64,000 nt of DNA from Narcine bancroftii (Eukaryota): contig NC_091476.1 of assembly GCF_036971445.1 (NCBI RefSeq), forward strand, positions 102,672,001 to 102,736,000, in the 5' to 3' direction. The notes under the pieces were generated by a model. The model was not told the DNA's origin, made no database searches, and was given only the letters and a program-made list of their open reading frames with translations. A program made the translations under genes and the position numbers. How positions within the stretch are numbered: the first letter of the stretch is position 1; every line of letters begins with the position of its first letter. Positions 24,272 to 36,253 of the stretch are shown here, piece after piece.

Positions 24272-24918
24272 GTGAAGCTCCCTAATTCTCTAGACTATTT
24301 CCTTTAAGCTATCTTTGTTCCTCTGTCAACAGCGCTTAGTACCTCACACTTTGGGATCTTTTGAATTAAATGTTGAGTACAATATTAGATATGTGAGATT
24401 GGATAATGAGTCCTAAACTGAAAGTGGGAAGCTTTTATTGGAGGAACATTACAGTGAATGGACTATATTGTGGGAAAAGATGGCATATTCATTTCGGTGG
24501 AAGGAATGAGAGTGGGTTTTTTCCCCAATTGTGAGAAACTAGATGTTTTTTTTATTGAGAGATCCAATTATGCTGTTGAATGAAACATAAAGGTACAATA
24601 AATAATTACGAAAGCAGGAGAGTTGTCCTTCATTGCAAAGGAACTTCAGTGCAAGAGAAAGGAGATATGAATGAAATGATGGAAGTACTCAGCAGGTCAG
24701 CCAGCATCTGGGAAGAGGACATTTTGGGTTGGTACTCTTTCACGAAAACTAGGAAGAGCTTGAAATAAACATATTTTGAGATGCAGAACATGTGGTAGTT
24801 GAAGGAGAGAATGAAAAGCAAGGTTTGCTTCAGGATGGGCTTAAATAAGTGCCATATGCACTGCAAACATAGAAAGCAAGGGCATCAGATCTTTTAACAT
24901 TCTGTTTCCATTCTCTAG

Positions 24919-25041
24919 GATTTCATTGCTCCCAATGTCAGAACAAAATTCAGCAGCCCACACGACCCACAGAAATTCCTGAGAATTTCTGCAATTTGCC
25001 AGAACGCACAAAGCCCATTGGAGATGGCTTAAAGTTTGAAG
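24919..25041 (+). CDS. SAXO-like exon 5 (GFHCSQCQ...DGLKFE)
   Basis: ttccattctctag| ... G|gtttag, phase 1-1, open. Confidence 0.7.
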
Positions 25042-26545
25042 GTTTAGCAATTAGAGCCATATGAGTGAGGTCCACCATAACAGCCCTTTGTGCACTGCTC
25101 AGAGCTTTGTACTTCTTTATTGGTTTAAGGTCAGGGAGGTAAGAACTGGACAATTATTCATCATAAAGTATTCCCATGGTCATTAAGCCATATATAATAC
25201 CTTAGGTCCTCAGCTTCAGGTACAATGCAGGATAGAAAAGGATATTACTATCTTATAATGTTTCATTAAACAACAAGTATTTATATAGCATCTCAAAGAT
25301 GCTTCACAGGCATATTATCAAACAGAATTTGACAGATCGAAGAAAGATGTTCATGATAGATTAACCAGGAAGCTAATTATAAGGAGATCAGAAGCAGAGG
25401 GGTTCGGGGGAATTCTGGTTTAGGGCTTAGATGAATTAAATGAAACCTCTTAATGATGGGCTAATTAAATTTTTGAATGTTGCAGAGTCTATGGTTGAAA
25501 GTGACAGATATCTTAAATAGTCATAGGACTGGACAGGGAGAAATAAAGAAACTGGCAGATTTGAAAACCAGGCCGAGAGGTTGTGTAACAGGGAACCACA
25601 CGTCAGCAGGGTTGAGCAAGGTTCAGTGTAAACTTATAAATGAGCAGTAGAGTTTATCTCAACTTTTGAGGATTATGAGGCTGATGAAGCGTCAGCCAGC
25701 AATACGTTGACAAGATCAGGTTGAAATTAAGATGGACATGTGCAATGGTTTCAGCAGTAAACGTGGCGAGGTAGGAGCAGAAAAAGGGAAAAAAGATGCT
25801 CATGGAAACTAGAGCAATCTTTCAGCCACAGCTAGAGGGAGGAATCAAATTTGTGAATTGGACTAAAGAAATTAATTTCAGCCTTCCCAATGCTTAGTTG
25901 AAGGAAACTTCTACAGATTCAGTGCTGTAATGTTGGACTAGCTAGAAATGACAATTTAAAAATGGCAGAGGAGTTAAAGGGGTGGTGAGGTGAAGCAGGC
26001 TGTCATTGGTGTTGTTATAGAAAGTAACATTTACTTGGAAATGTGACTACATGATGGATTTTACTTTTAGGCTTAAGGTCAACTTCCCAAGTATGAGAGA
26101 GGATATCCAGATAGTGCAAGGTTGAATAGGATTCCGAGCACCTGATAATAATGGAGCCTGTTCAATGTCTAACCCAACTGATCAACAGGATGATAGCAAT
26201 CAACATTTCAAAGGGCAGAGCAAGGTCAACAAGGTTGAGGAGTCAATCTTTACCTTGATCCCAATCACATGGCTTTAATAAGGGCTGTTTTGAACCAATA
26301 GCAGTTCTGAAATCAGCTGCAATGATTCAAGAACATGCATGATATGGGCTGCAGAGTAGCCCAGAGATCAATAAGCTTCCTCTACATTGTCCACAGGGTG
26401 GGTACACATGGATTTGAAATGGAATACTTGAATAATTTATTTATCAGTTAGACAAAGGAATTAAAAATTGCAGTTTTTTTAAGGATTATATAAGATATAA
26501 TGCATGGAATGAAATTGTTTACAATATGTTATTTTGCCACGAAAG

Positions 26546-26756
26546 GTATTCACGATTTGAATTCCACTTACCAAGTCACATTTCAGCCTTTACCTTTTGA
26601 GAGACAGCCCACAGCAGCTAAGAAGCAACCAAAGGCTAAGCCTGCTTTCATGGACATGCTCAGCAGCTATCGCAAAGATTTCACCGAACACCACCAACCA
26701 AAGATGCAGTTGATAATACCAGCACAGGACAACCTGCGAGTTAACCACCAACTGCC
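26546..26756 (+). CDS. SAXO-like exon 6 (GIHDLNSTYQVTFQP...MLSSYRKDF...)
   Basis: Phase 1-2, donor CC|gtaag, two Mn-like S/T-Y-x-x-x-F motifs. The acceptor (gaaag) is weak. Confidence 0.75.
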
Positions 26757-27973
26757 GTAAGATGAGTCCATTGATGTACATTAATACCCTAAAGACAGTA
26801 GTTATATCTTGTTTGGAGCTCATTTTCACTTTCTAGGTGGTTCTCCAGAGAAATTAACTTGAATTTCTCCACTTCCTGCATGTTAACATTTCCTTACCAC
26901 TCTACTCACAAGGAAGGTGGCACACGGGAAGAACTATCATTTCAGGTTCTTGTCTTGAGGCGCGGAAAAAAAACCAGACGTTGGATGCCGGATACCTTCC
27001 CATATATAAGTAAGATTAATGCAGTCCACAAAGGTAGGGTGGATAAATTCATAGCTAACCTACCATCCAGTGCTCACATGTATGGTGCCCAGAAGTCAAA
27101 ATATAACAAGCAAGAGAAACACTAGCTCACTTTTACTTCAAATATTGACAGGAGTATTGTAACTATTGATAGTACCTTTTAACTGGATTAGCCTCTACTA
27201 TTGCTACTTGAACACATGGCCAAAGCTTAATATGCTTATTCAATCACCATTCACTGTATTAATATTTAACATATAGACCTGTAAACTTAGTTTATCATGG
27301 ACTTCTACATTTGAGTGAATGAAGTTTAGTCAGCTGGGGCTATTGGTGATAAATTTTAATGTATTTAATAATATTTTGATGGAATGCTGAAAATTCATAA
27401 TCTAGAGCTTTGGAGTAAATTTGTCTAATTTAAGTTAATCAGGGAGTATTTGATTGAATGCGAATAGACAGGGTGATACCTTGGGGATAAGGTTGAGTGC
27501 ATTTGTATTTGTATATTTGGAGATTATTGTAAAGCATGAGTATGGAAAGTGTGCTTTCTAAGACCATTGGTTTGGTGGGTAGTGTGTGATTTCAAGGATT
27601 TTTGTGGGTCATGGGTAATATTGGGGACCAGTGCATTGAGCTGGATTCAGTTGAGGTAGACAGTCTGGGTTTTGAATATCAGGACATATGTAAGATGAAA
27701 CAACATTTCAGTATTTTTGTCAATGTTCCATGGGTTTCCCTGGTCTTTTGGAGTTTGTTTTAAAAAGTTTTTTTCCTGAAGTTGGTGGCAGACTTTTGTT
27801 TACCATCTGCTCTGGAACATGGCCCAGAAGATTCAATATGGCCCTTTATCACTTTGGAAAATGTTCCAGGATGGCTTACAAAGCTGAAGATGCATTTTAA
27901 ATAAAATTTCTGTTGCACAAAAGTACGAATGCCGTATGTTCCTTAACTCCAATGCATCTTCCCCATCCTGCAG

Positions 27974-28109
27974 TGCAGATTTCAACACAGTTCAGAGAAA
28001 TTCTTATATTGGATGGGACACGACTCGTTATCCCCGCCCCAACCTCATTAAATACAAGGATGAGTTGACTGGATTGGAAGAACCCTTTGACAGCGACACT
28101 GTGACAAAG
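27974..28109 (+). CDS. SAXO-like exon 7 (ADFNTVQRNSYIGW...FDSDTVTK)
   Basis: cttccccatcctgcag| ... |gtaact, phase 2-0. Confidence 0.8.
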
Positions 28110-28941
28110 GTAACTCCTCTCACTTTATCACCCAGGGCTTGGAGGGTTCACCACCAGTGGTTTGAAATTGGAATCCATCCACACATCCGTTTTCCTTCAA
28201 ACTATGCAATCTAACAAGAATTTATATCTGTAAGAAAGTCAGAAATTAAGAACACCTTACAAAACACATTACGTCTCCACACAGCACCAAAGTTCAGGAT
28301 AGAACCTGCATTGCTGGAGCTGCACTGCTTTACTGTGAGGTCACACAGTGAAGAGAATGGATTTCTGTGACTTAGCAATTGAGTGCATTGGTACTGGACT
28401 GGAGTTATGGGGTAGATCAATAGAGCAAGGATGATGTCTTACCTTTGCCCCTCTCCACCTGCCAAAACCCATTCCCTTATGAAAACTTGATATTTGTCTA
28501 ATCTCTGAAATTATTCAAGACCATTATCCACATATACCAGTCCACAAGTTCAATATGAAATGATAGATTGTCCCCACTGATTAATTTACATTTAGAAACC
28601 TTAGAATCAAAGTATGTTATTTGTTCCATTTCACACCTATGGCTTCCATTCAACTTTCACAATCATGGATTTACTTACAAAAATCTATTTTTGTATTCCC
28701 AACAGAAGCTTTTTCTCTCATATAACAGCTGCTTTGCCTCTCTCCAAGTCAGGTGCGGGGGATTTGTGTGCTGTGGATACTATTATCTCATTGTCTGCTG
28801 CACCTGCAACCTTTGTCGTTTCTGTATTCCATGTCACTTTGATAGTTTATCAGTCGTTAATAATGGTCTGCTTCATCTCTCCGTTTTGCAGAAGCTGGTT
28901 TTTGCCTGTTATTGTTATTTTTCTGTACTTTATCTCCTCAG

Positions 28942-29121
28942 CTTGAGTATAAAATGAAAACATTAACTAGACAGCAAGAACTCACTCGCCCCACGAAAAA
29001 GCAGGCTATCGGTGGCGAATTTGATCCAGAAACAACATTCAAAATTTCCTTCAAGGACTGGGAATCTAAGACCAGGATACGCCATGGTGATCTTTATGAC
29101 AGAGTCTATGAACCTTCACCA
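28942..29121 (+). CDS. SAXO-like exon 8 (LEY...FDPETTFKISFKDW...YEPSP)
   Basis: tttatctcctcag| ... |gtaagc, phase 0-0, with an Mn-like motif. Confidence 0.8.
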
Positions 29122-29440
29122 GTAAGCACCAAGTTAGATATAGAGTGAAGTTCCCTCTACACTATTCCATAACCACCTCAGAGCAAGGTACAACTGAGTT
29201 TAGACAGAAGGTAAACCTTTCGGTTATCAATTGGATTTTATCCCACATAATATTTCACTATAATCGTTTCCCGTAAATAGACATCTTTCAGCCCTGAGTG
29301 AGATAAATGATTTATCGGAGCATTGCACTCTGTGCTCCTGTACTTGCCGTTGAACCATAAATGTGAGGGGTTTTAAAATATGTTCCTCTCCTCTAACATT
29401 ATGCCCCAGTATTGTAACTTCATTATTGTTTGCATAACAG

Positions 29441-29556
29441 GGGAAGATTGAAAGTACATCAGTCACTGGACGAGATTTCACCCCGAAAAATGCCTGCAAG
29501 CTGATCTGCTCAGCTCTCCAGCAAAACAACACTCTTGCCCACCATGAAGCCTGCAG
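29441..29556 (+). CDS. SAXO-like exon 9 (GKIESTSVTGRDFTPK...)
   Basis: ataacag| ... AG|gtaac, phase 0-2. Confidence 0.75.
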
Positions 29557-30997
29557 GTAACATCAACACTTTAGCATAGATGCAAAGAATGCTACACATT
29601 CATACGAATGGAGTGCTGTAGTAACTGAAGTAGTCTTTCAAAGGAGACATCTAGCCATCACCCTGCTTGCCTTATAAGTGAAATAAAAAGATGTAATTTT
29701 AAAAAACAAAATGACTTAAAAATTTGCTCATTATCTTGCTGCTGTATGAAGGGCCTTGCTTTGCATAAAACGATCACTGTGATTTCTACACTTCAAAACT
29801 ACTTAAAAGTACTTCACACACTGTAAAGTATGATAGGACAAATTGAGGCCATGTAAAGAGATAAAAAATGCAAGGGGTTTTCCATTAGCCACCACTAGGA
29901 GAATGAAGGTGAGTCAGGCCACTATGCTGCCCAGGTGGAAAAATCAAGAACTGTTGAGAATAGCCAATGTTCAGACCATATGTGAAGGGAGGAGAAAAAA
30001 AAATCCCATATTCCATATTTGAACACCATTAAGAGTCCCTTCTCTGTAACTGCATGGAGGTCTTTCCAGAATATTTGCTCAATTATTCACCCTAGTCTGT
30101 GCTTCAGGTTAATGAAGGCCAAATTCAGCTAACCAAGCTGTACACTGTAATATCATGGCACTCATTAAAGACTGGGGAATTTTCCTGTTATCCTGGCCAC
30201 CAAACAAAAATATTTTTTTCTGGTTATTATTTTCCTCTTATGAAATTTCAACACAGCCACTGCATATATAATCTGCAAAACTGTAGGGAAGGCCTGGAGA
30301 TGTTGCTGCAATGGAATACACTGCAGAAGAATGTAATAAGTAATAAATGAAAGGAAATCAGAAGCACAGAAATTCCAGACAAGTCATCAAAACCATTACC
30401 AAAGCAGAGAGTAGCCTGGGCTTGATGTAGAAGGAGAAAGGACAAAAGCAAAGTTGTAATGCTAAAATATTTGTAAATCACTAGTTAAGCAACAACTGGA
30501 GTACTACAGTATTCTCAATTCTGGACTGCAGTTCAGGTAGATGTCAAAGAATTATCGGGGCATGAGGGAATTCAGATGTAGGGGAAGCTGTGATTTTCGT
30601 CCCAAGATTAAAAAATTCACACTAAGGTTAATACTGTTCAAAAAAGGTAGTTTGCCAGTTTTTCCCTAATTATTCCTGAGTCAAAAACAAAGAGCTGTAA
30701 CCAGAGGGGATTCTTAATTTAGTACAGTATGTTTTTTTAAACATAATGAGCTATCACATTCTGGATTGCACTGGCTGATAAGAATGCAGGAAGCAGATTC
30801 AGCAACACATTTCAAAGTCAATTCTATATACACATTTCAAGATTATGTGGAAAGTGCAGCAGAGAGAGAGAGACAGACAGACAGACAGACTAACAATACT
30901 TTTTGAAAGTTTCAATATATGTATAAATGGTCTACTCTGAACCTATGCCTGTTGTCATAAACTTGAAATTTTGAATGGTCATCTTTCACTTTTTCAG

Positions 30998-31103
30998 CCC
31001 ATTACCTTTCCCAATGTGCAAGCTGCAAGCCTATCTGATTCACCAGCATCTCAAGAATGTGAAAAGTTCCAACAGATCTATGCCTATGACATGCACACAT
31101 TAA
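30998..31103 (+). CDS. SAXO-like terminal exon 10 (PLPFPMCKLQAYLIHQHL...stop)
   Basis: ctttcactttttcag|, phase 2, open to TAA at 31101-31103. AATAAA at 31547-31552. Confidence 0.65.
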
Positions 31104-32284
31104 GACCACAGCTATGGCACAGGAATACCAAACAGGATAGCAACTTCATCTCACCAGAGCCTATATGAATCAAGTAACCAGCCATTTGCCTTGGATATTG
31201 TCGGAAACAGCAATGCCGAAGCACTCACCATTTTTTCCCACACCAAATGGGGAAAAAAAGCAGTTCCATCTGCATACAGGCAACTAGAAAAATCAATGAA
31301 TGTTGGCCTTACTGACATAGTGAAAGATGCATCCTTCCAGTAATATTGGATACCACGTATTCAAGACTTTTGTGAGAATACCTCCAGGATAAATCAGCAA
31401 TTATATCTTTGTTTAATATTTGCTAATCAACATGTATTTTGGGAATTTTTTAAAAAACACACAGATTTGCTCCATAAACTCAAAGTGGGCGAGCTCCATG
31501 TTGTGAGATTAATTATAGAAATCATGAACCAGGATTTTGTTCAGAAAATAAAAATATTGCTCATAGACCAAATTATCCTTTCACCAAAACCTAAAAATCA
31601 CCCAATTGATCGAGAGAAGTGTTTTATTAATGCCTTAAACTTCCTGTGATGACGGTAAAATTAAAAAAGCAGTTTCATATACCTGTATTTAATTAACCCT
31701 GGCATTATCTCTCTTTGTTATTTTTGTGTTATTTTGGGTTTTCTAAAACTGACCATACCAATGATATAATCACAAGGCAAGTTGCATATTTAAAAAAAAA
31801 TCTCAGGCAGGTTATGAGGCATTGTGATCTCTTTAACCTGCACTCACAGGTTCCATGATGGGGAAGGATATTGGTGAAAGAGTTTGCTCCACTGCCACAA
31901 TTTTTAGGTGAGCAATGTTCAAAGTGTGTATTTGGATGAATTAAAATGTCCAAATTTCAAACTAATATCACTTGAAAATGAAGTTAGCAGTAGGATACAC
32001 ACATCAGATCTTCAAAAATCAATAAAAATTCAACATTCACATGACTGTCTGTATATCAAACAGAACTATAATCACACAGTATAAACTTTATATTAAAAAG
32101 GACAAAATATTAACAGAATTTAAAAAAACTGTCATTTCTCCTGAGTTCCCACAAAAATCCAAGACCCACAGAAATCCAAGAGCAGGCATGAGGAAACATC
32201 TGTCAATGAAGTCTTTTTTTTCCATGGAGTGCTATGGTCCCAGTGTAATAATCTCCACATACAGATGACAGTATATTTAGTAGT

Positions 32285-32378
32285 TTACATATCCTCCACA
32301 CTCCATTTGTACGCTATCTCTTGCATTGCTTTCTTATCTGCCAGTCTGGCATACCGTTTCTTTTCAAACCCATTTGAC
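32285..32378 (-). CDS. BUD13: BUD13 terminal exon (SNGFEKKRYARLADKKAMQEIAYKWSVEDM*)
   Basis: Conserved BUD13 C-terminus, with a tttgcag| acceptor. Confidence 0.95.
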
Positions 32379-33529
32379 CTGCAAATTAAAAATAATAATT
32401 TTAGGTTGAAATAACTTTATGTTGTCTGAGCAACCATATGTACGACATATTTTGGTGATTCCTTCTCATCCATGCAAAGGAGGCTATCGACAGAGAATGA
32501 AATGTTTTGCAGTTATGAAAGTACTTAAATTAAGCAAGGATGAGGTCCAACGTACAGCTCCACCCATTGTTCCATCACATCTTCTTGGGCAGGTACAACA
32601 CTGATTAGATATTAAATGGGCTCCTTTCCACACTCATTTACCAAATGTTGGCTTGGCATGTTCAGCAAGGTGCTACATAGGGCATAAAGTACTAGCTAAA
32701 TGGTTTTTTCCGTATAATTCAGGTAAAATTCATGTGGACATCTTAACATCCTGGAATTCAAATTAACGGTAAAATAGTGGCAGTTGTTTATTTGAGCTGG
32801 ATTTCCAAGGACAAATGTTACTGCAGAATGATTTCAGTTTCTGATTAACTGTGGACAGTCAAAGAATGGTGCATGAACTTTGTCCACATGAATTAGCCAA
32901 ATACTGCAACTTGTAAATAGTCCTTATATGGAAGATTAAATTATTTAAGATTCTTTAAACCCAACTCAAGATACAGCCACAATCAAGGGCTCGTGAATGC
33001 ACCCCTCCAAAAGTAGAATTTATTTTTAATTCCAAGATTCATATTTACTCTGAATTAAATATCTGAAGTCTTTTCAAACCTTTTGCAGAAACAAAACATT
33101 GTTTTTTACATTTCTGCAATAATTGGAGCCATTCATCAGCTGGAGGTACAATAGAGAAATGTTTGCACATATGGTATCCCTGGACCAGTTTTCCCATGAT
33201 CCCAGTTCTTTTCTCAGTGTCTTCTTCCTTTCTCTTTAATTTTATTCACTTTTTAGCAAGCAAAGAACCTCGAGCCTACCCTGTTATTCAATTGGACTAT
33301 GGCAACATCATTTGTTCATATTCTGTGTTATTTCTTTTACTTCAATAGATCTTTGATTTTAATATTTAGAATTTGGTTTCATATGCTTTCAGCAGCAGAA
33401 GCTCTTAATCTTATTTACACAACAATTTCTCCTAGCGTTGGAATACCATGGGGTTTAAACTTTTGACACATTGTTGAAAAGTCCATTAAAGAATAAAACT
33501 CTAACTTTAAAGCAGAAATTGTACATAAC

Positions 33530-33611
33530 CTGTCAACTCCATCCCAGCGATACCCAGGGGTCAGGTTAAATCTGTTTGGAGGTGGTGCAGGGCCCTTATA
33601 TTGTGGCTTCT
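33530..33611 (-). CDS. BUD13: BUD13 exon 10 ([27 protein letters not shown])
   Basis: Hallmark [16 protein letters not shown] motif, canonical splice sites. Confidence 0.96.
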
Positions 33612-33814
33612 CTACAAGAGGAAAGAAAAACAATTTCACTTTTTAGCCATACTGCCAGAGACTAAAACCTTGTTTAAAGTCCACACAGTATTGACGATGA
33701 TGAGAGTTTATTGTTCATCACACATGTACAATGTACAAATGCAATGAAACTCTTGCTTGCTGCAGCTACACCAAATTGGGACCACTTCAATTCATTATTT
33801 CACTTAAAGCTCAC

Positions 33815-33999
33815 CATTTTTATTCTTGGCCTCCTTTTCCTTCTTCTTCCTGAGTAGCCCAGCCATTGGGTCACCATCCCTTTCTCTCTCACGTAGAAGG
33901 CGGTCCAGATCTTCGTCATCAATGTGTCGTGCAAGTGGTTTTTGCATCTCATGAAGAGCATCCTCTATGTTTTGCCTTTGCTGCTCTTTCTGAGCCATC
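33815..33999 (-). CDS. BUD13: BUD13 exon 9 (MAQKEQQ...EMQKPLARHIDDEDLD...GDPMA)
   Basis: Conserved Bud13 domain, phase 2-1. Confidence 0.95.
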
Positions 34000-34516
34000 C
34001 TGAAACAAGTCATGCCAAGAATTAATAGCACTGGAAATAGCATAGAGAAGGACGGATAATCGAGACTGAGCAAAGGAAAAGTAGAATGTGAGGGAATGTG
34101 CAGGGATAAAAGAGGCATGAAAAGTAAAAGATGTGGCTGGGGATGCAAAAACCATGGACAAGAAAGAATACTGATACCTCTAGATGCAAATGACATTGAG
34201 GAGGATAGTGGTTAGGTTGAGGGTATGGGAGAAAAATTAGACAGAGGTTGAATATGTCATTGGGAGGGAGGTGGAATGAAAAATGGTGAGCAGAAGGGGA
34301 AATAAGTGTGGGATTGGGAAGGTAAGAGAATTACAACGTAAAAGAGGGAAGAATGCAAGGAATTAGAAATCAAACTGTAAGAAAGATGTATGTTAATCCA
34401 TAATTGTGAGGAAGAAACTCCAACTGCTGTGGTATGCTGAATCTGGTATAACAGTATGACCAGAAATCACATACTCAGTACAAAGATGAGATTCATTATG
34501 GTTCTGTCGCTCTCAC

Positions 34517-34655
34517 CCTTTGCCCCATTGGGCATATTTTTCAAGTTTTGCTGCTTTCTCTGCTTCCTTCTTCTTCTGTTCAAGCCGTTCCTGATCCAAG
34601 TCCCTCTTTTTCCCTGATTTATCTCGGAACACAGTGATGGCATTTCTAGAATCAT
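34517..34655 (-). CDS. BUD13: BUD13 exon 8 (TVFRDKSGKKRD...YAQWGKG)
   Basis: Conserved motif, phase 1-2. Confidence 0.93.
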
Positions 34656-36138
34656 CTTCAAAATAGAATTTTTAAAAATGTCAGCATTTGTTTGGGAATA
34701 TTTCACCTTGACTACCAGCCACAGCTCACACTGAGTTGTTGTGCAAAGCAATTTCAAGCTATCCATTACAACATTTAGGCAGGACGACAAAGTAGCACTT
34801 GATTGGAATGACATGCACATGGGACTTTGAGTTAGTACAGGGTATGAACAACTTGGTAACAGCTAGCAATTCACTGGACCTCTCAGCTGGGAAATGCCAC
34901 AAAGCACAAGCATTTGGATACAGAGAAACAAGATGGAGAGAATCTATTCACTTTACCCTGCAGTATTGGTTGAATTCAGAAAGAGAACATGGTATTGGAG
35001 CTAAGCAAGGGTAAGGAGACTGCCTATTAACACTTCTAACAACAGCACACTTTCTCCGATTATCTCATATTTAATGTCCCAAAAATTTGAACCAAAATGG
35101 TTGCCCGTAACTGACAATAAATGTTTATCCAGTTTTTTTAATAAAAAATGTCCACTATTTCATGCTATAGAAAATCATTCCCTGCTTCAAAAATTCTGAA
35201 GAAATAACTTCAAGCTCTTAGCTGCAATTTTACATGGATAATTACTGGTCATAGATTGCCTAATTAAAGTGTAAACATTTCGTCCATTCAGAATCCTTCA
35301 TAATGTTAAAAGGCCACATTAAGTGACTATAATTTCTTCTGCTATTGTGGGAATGTCACGAATCTAATTTTATCACTATATAATTGATATTATTCACATG
35401 AATTGATGCTGTGACTTCAAATGTGGTAGGTCAGAATATTTACAGTGACTTGACCAATGCTCAGTCCAAATGTCCATTTTTGCATTCTATTATTCCATCT
35501 TTTATTTTTATTAACTAAACAGTACAATTCACCTGCATTCACGCAAAAATTCCAGAGTAACATTTATTAAAAAAGAGGAAATTTTAAAACGTGAAAGAAT
35601 TAGTATAAAGTGTCAAGAAAGTGAAAGAGAGAATAAAGAATGAAAGGATGACAGAGAGAAACTGAGAAACAAGCAATAGAAAAACAGAAAATAGACAAAC
35701 TTTAATTTTGGAGTTGATTTGCTCACAATCTTTAATATTAGCAAAACAGCATTTATTACTGTAGAAAAGTCAGTGATTTTTGGGGGTCAGATGACAAATG
35801 CACTTTTGAATTATTAAACCAACAGGCTACGAAGACCCACATTCTCTTCCCAGTCCATGATGAATAAAATGGGACAGGATTAGTGAAACTCAGTATTCCT
35901 GAGCAATATCAGCCAAGGGCTGTGATGCTATACACCTAATAGAATGTTCAGGAATTTAAACAACAGATTAAATGAAGCATCAGGCTCCATGTTGATGCCT
36001 CCACATTTGCTGATACCCTGTTCATGTTTATGGCAGGAATATAGAGACCTATAGAATCAGCAAGCTCAGGGGAACAAAGTTCTCAAAGAATCGTGTTAAA
36101 CTGCAACTGCTGGGAGTTCCCTCAAGCTGAATCGATAC

Positions 36139-36253
36139 CTGCTAAGTGCTCGGCAGCTCGCTCTCTTTTCCTCCGGTCCTCTTTCTCTTTCCTTAATGTA
36201 TCTGTCGATACCAGACCAGCCTGACCCCCAGATAGCATCTCATTCCCTTGTGA
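36139..36253 (-). CDS. BUD13: BUD13 exon 7 (MLSGGQAGLVSTDTLRKE)
   Basis: Conserved G..AGLV motif, phase 0-1. Confidence 0.9.
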
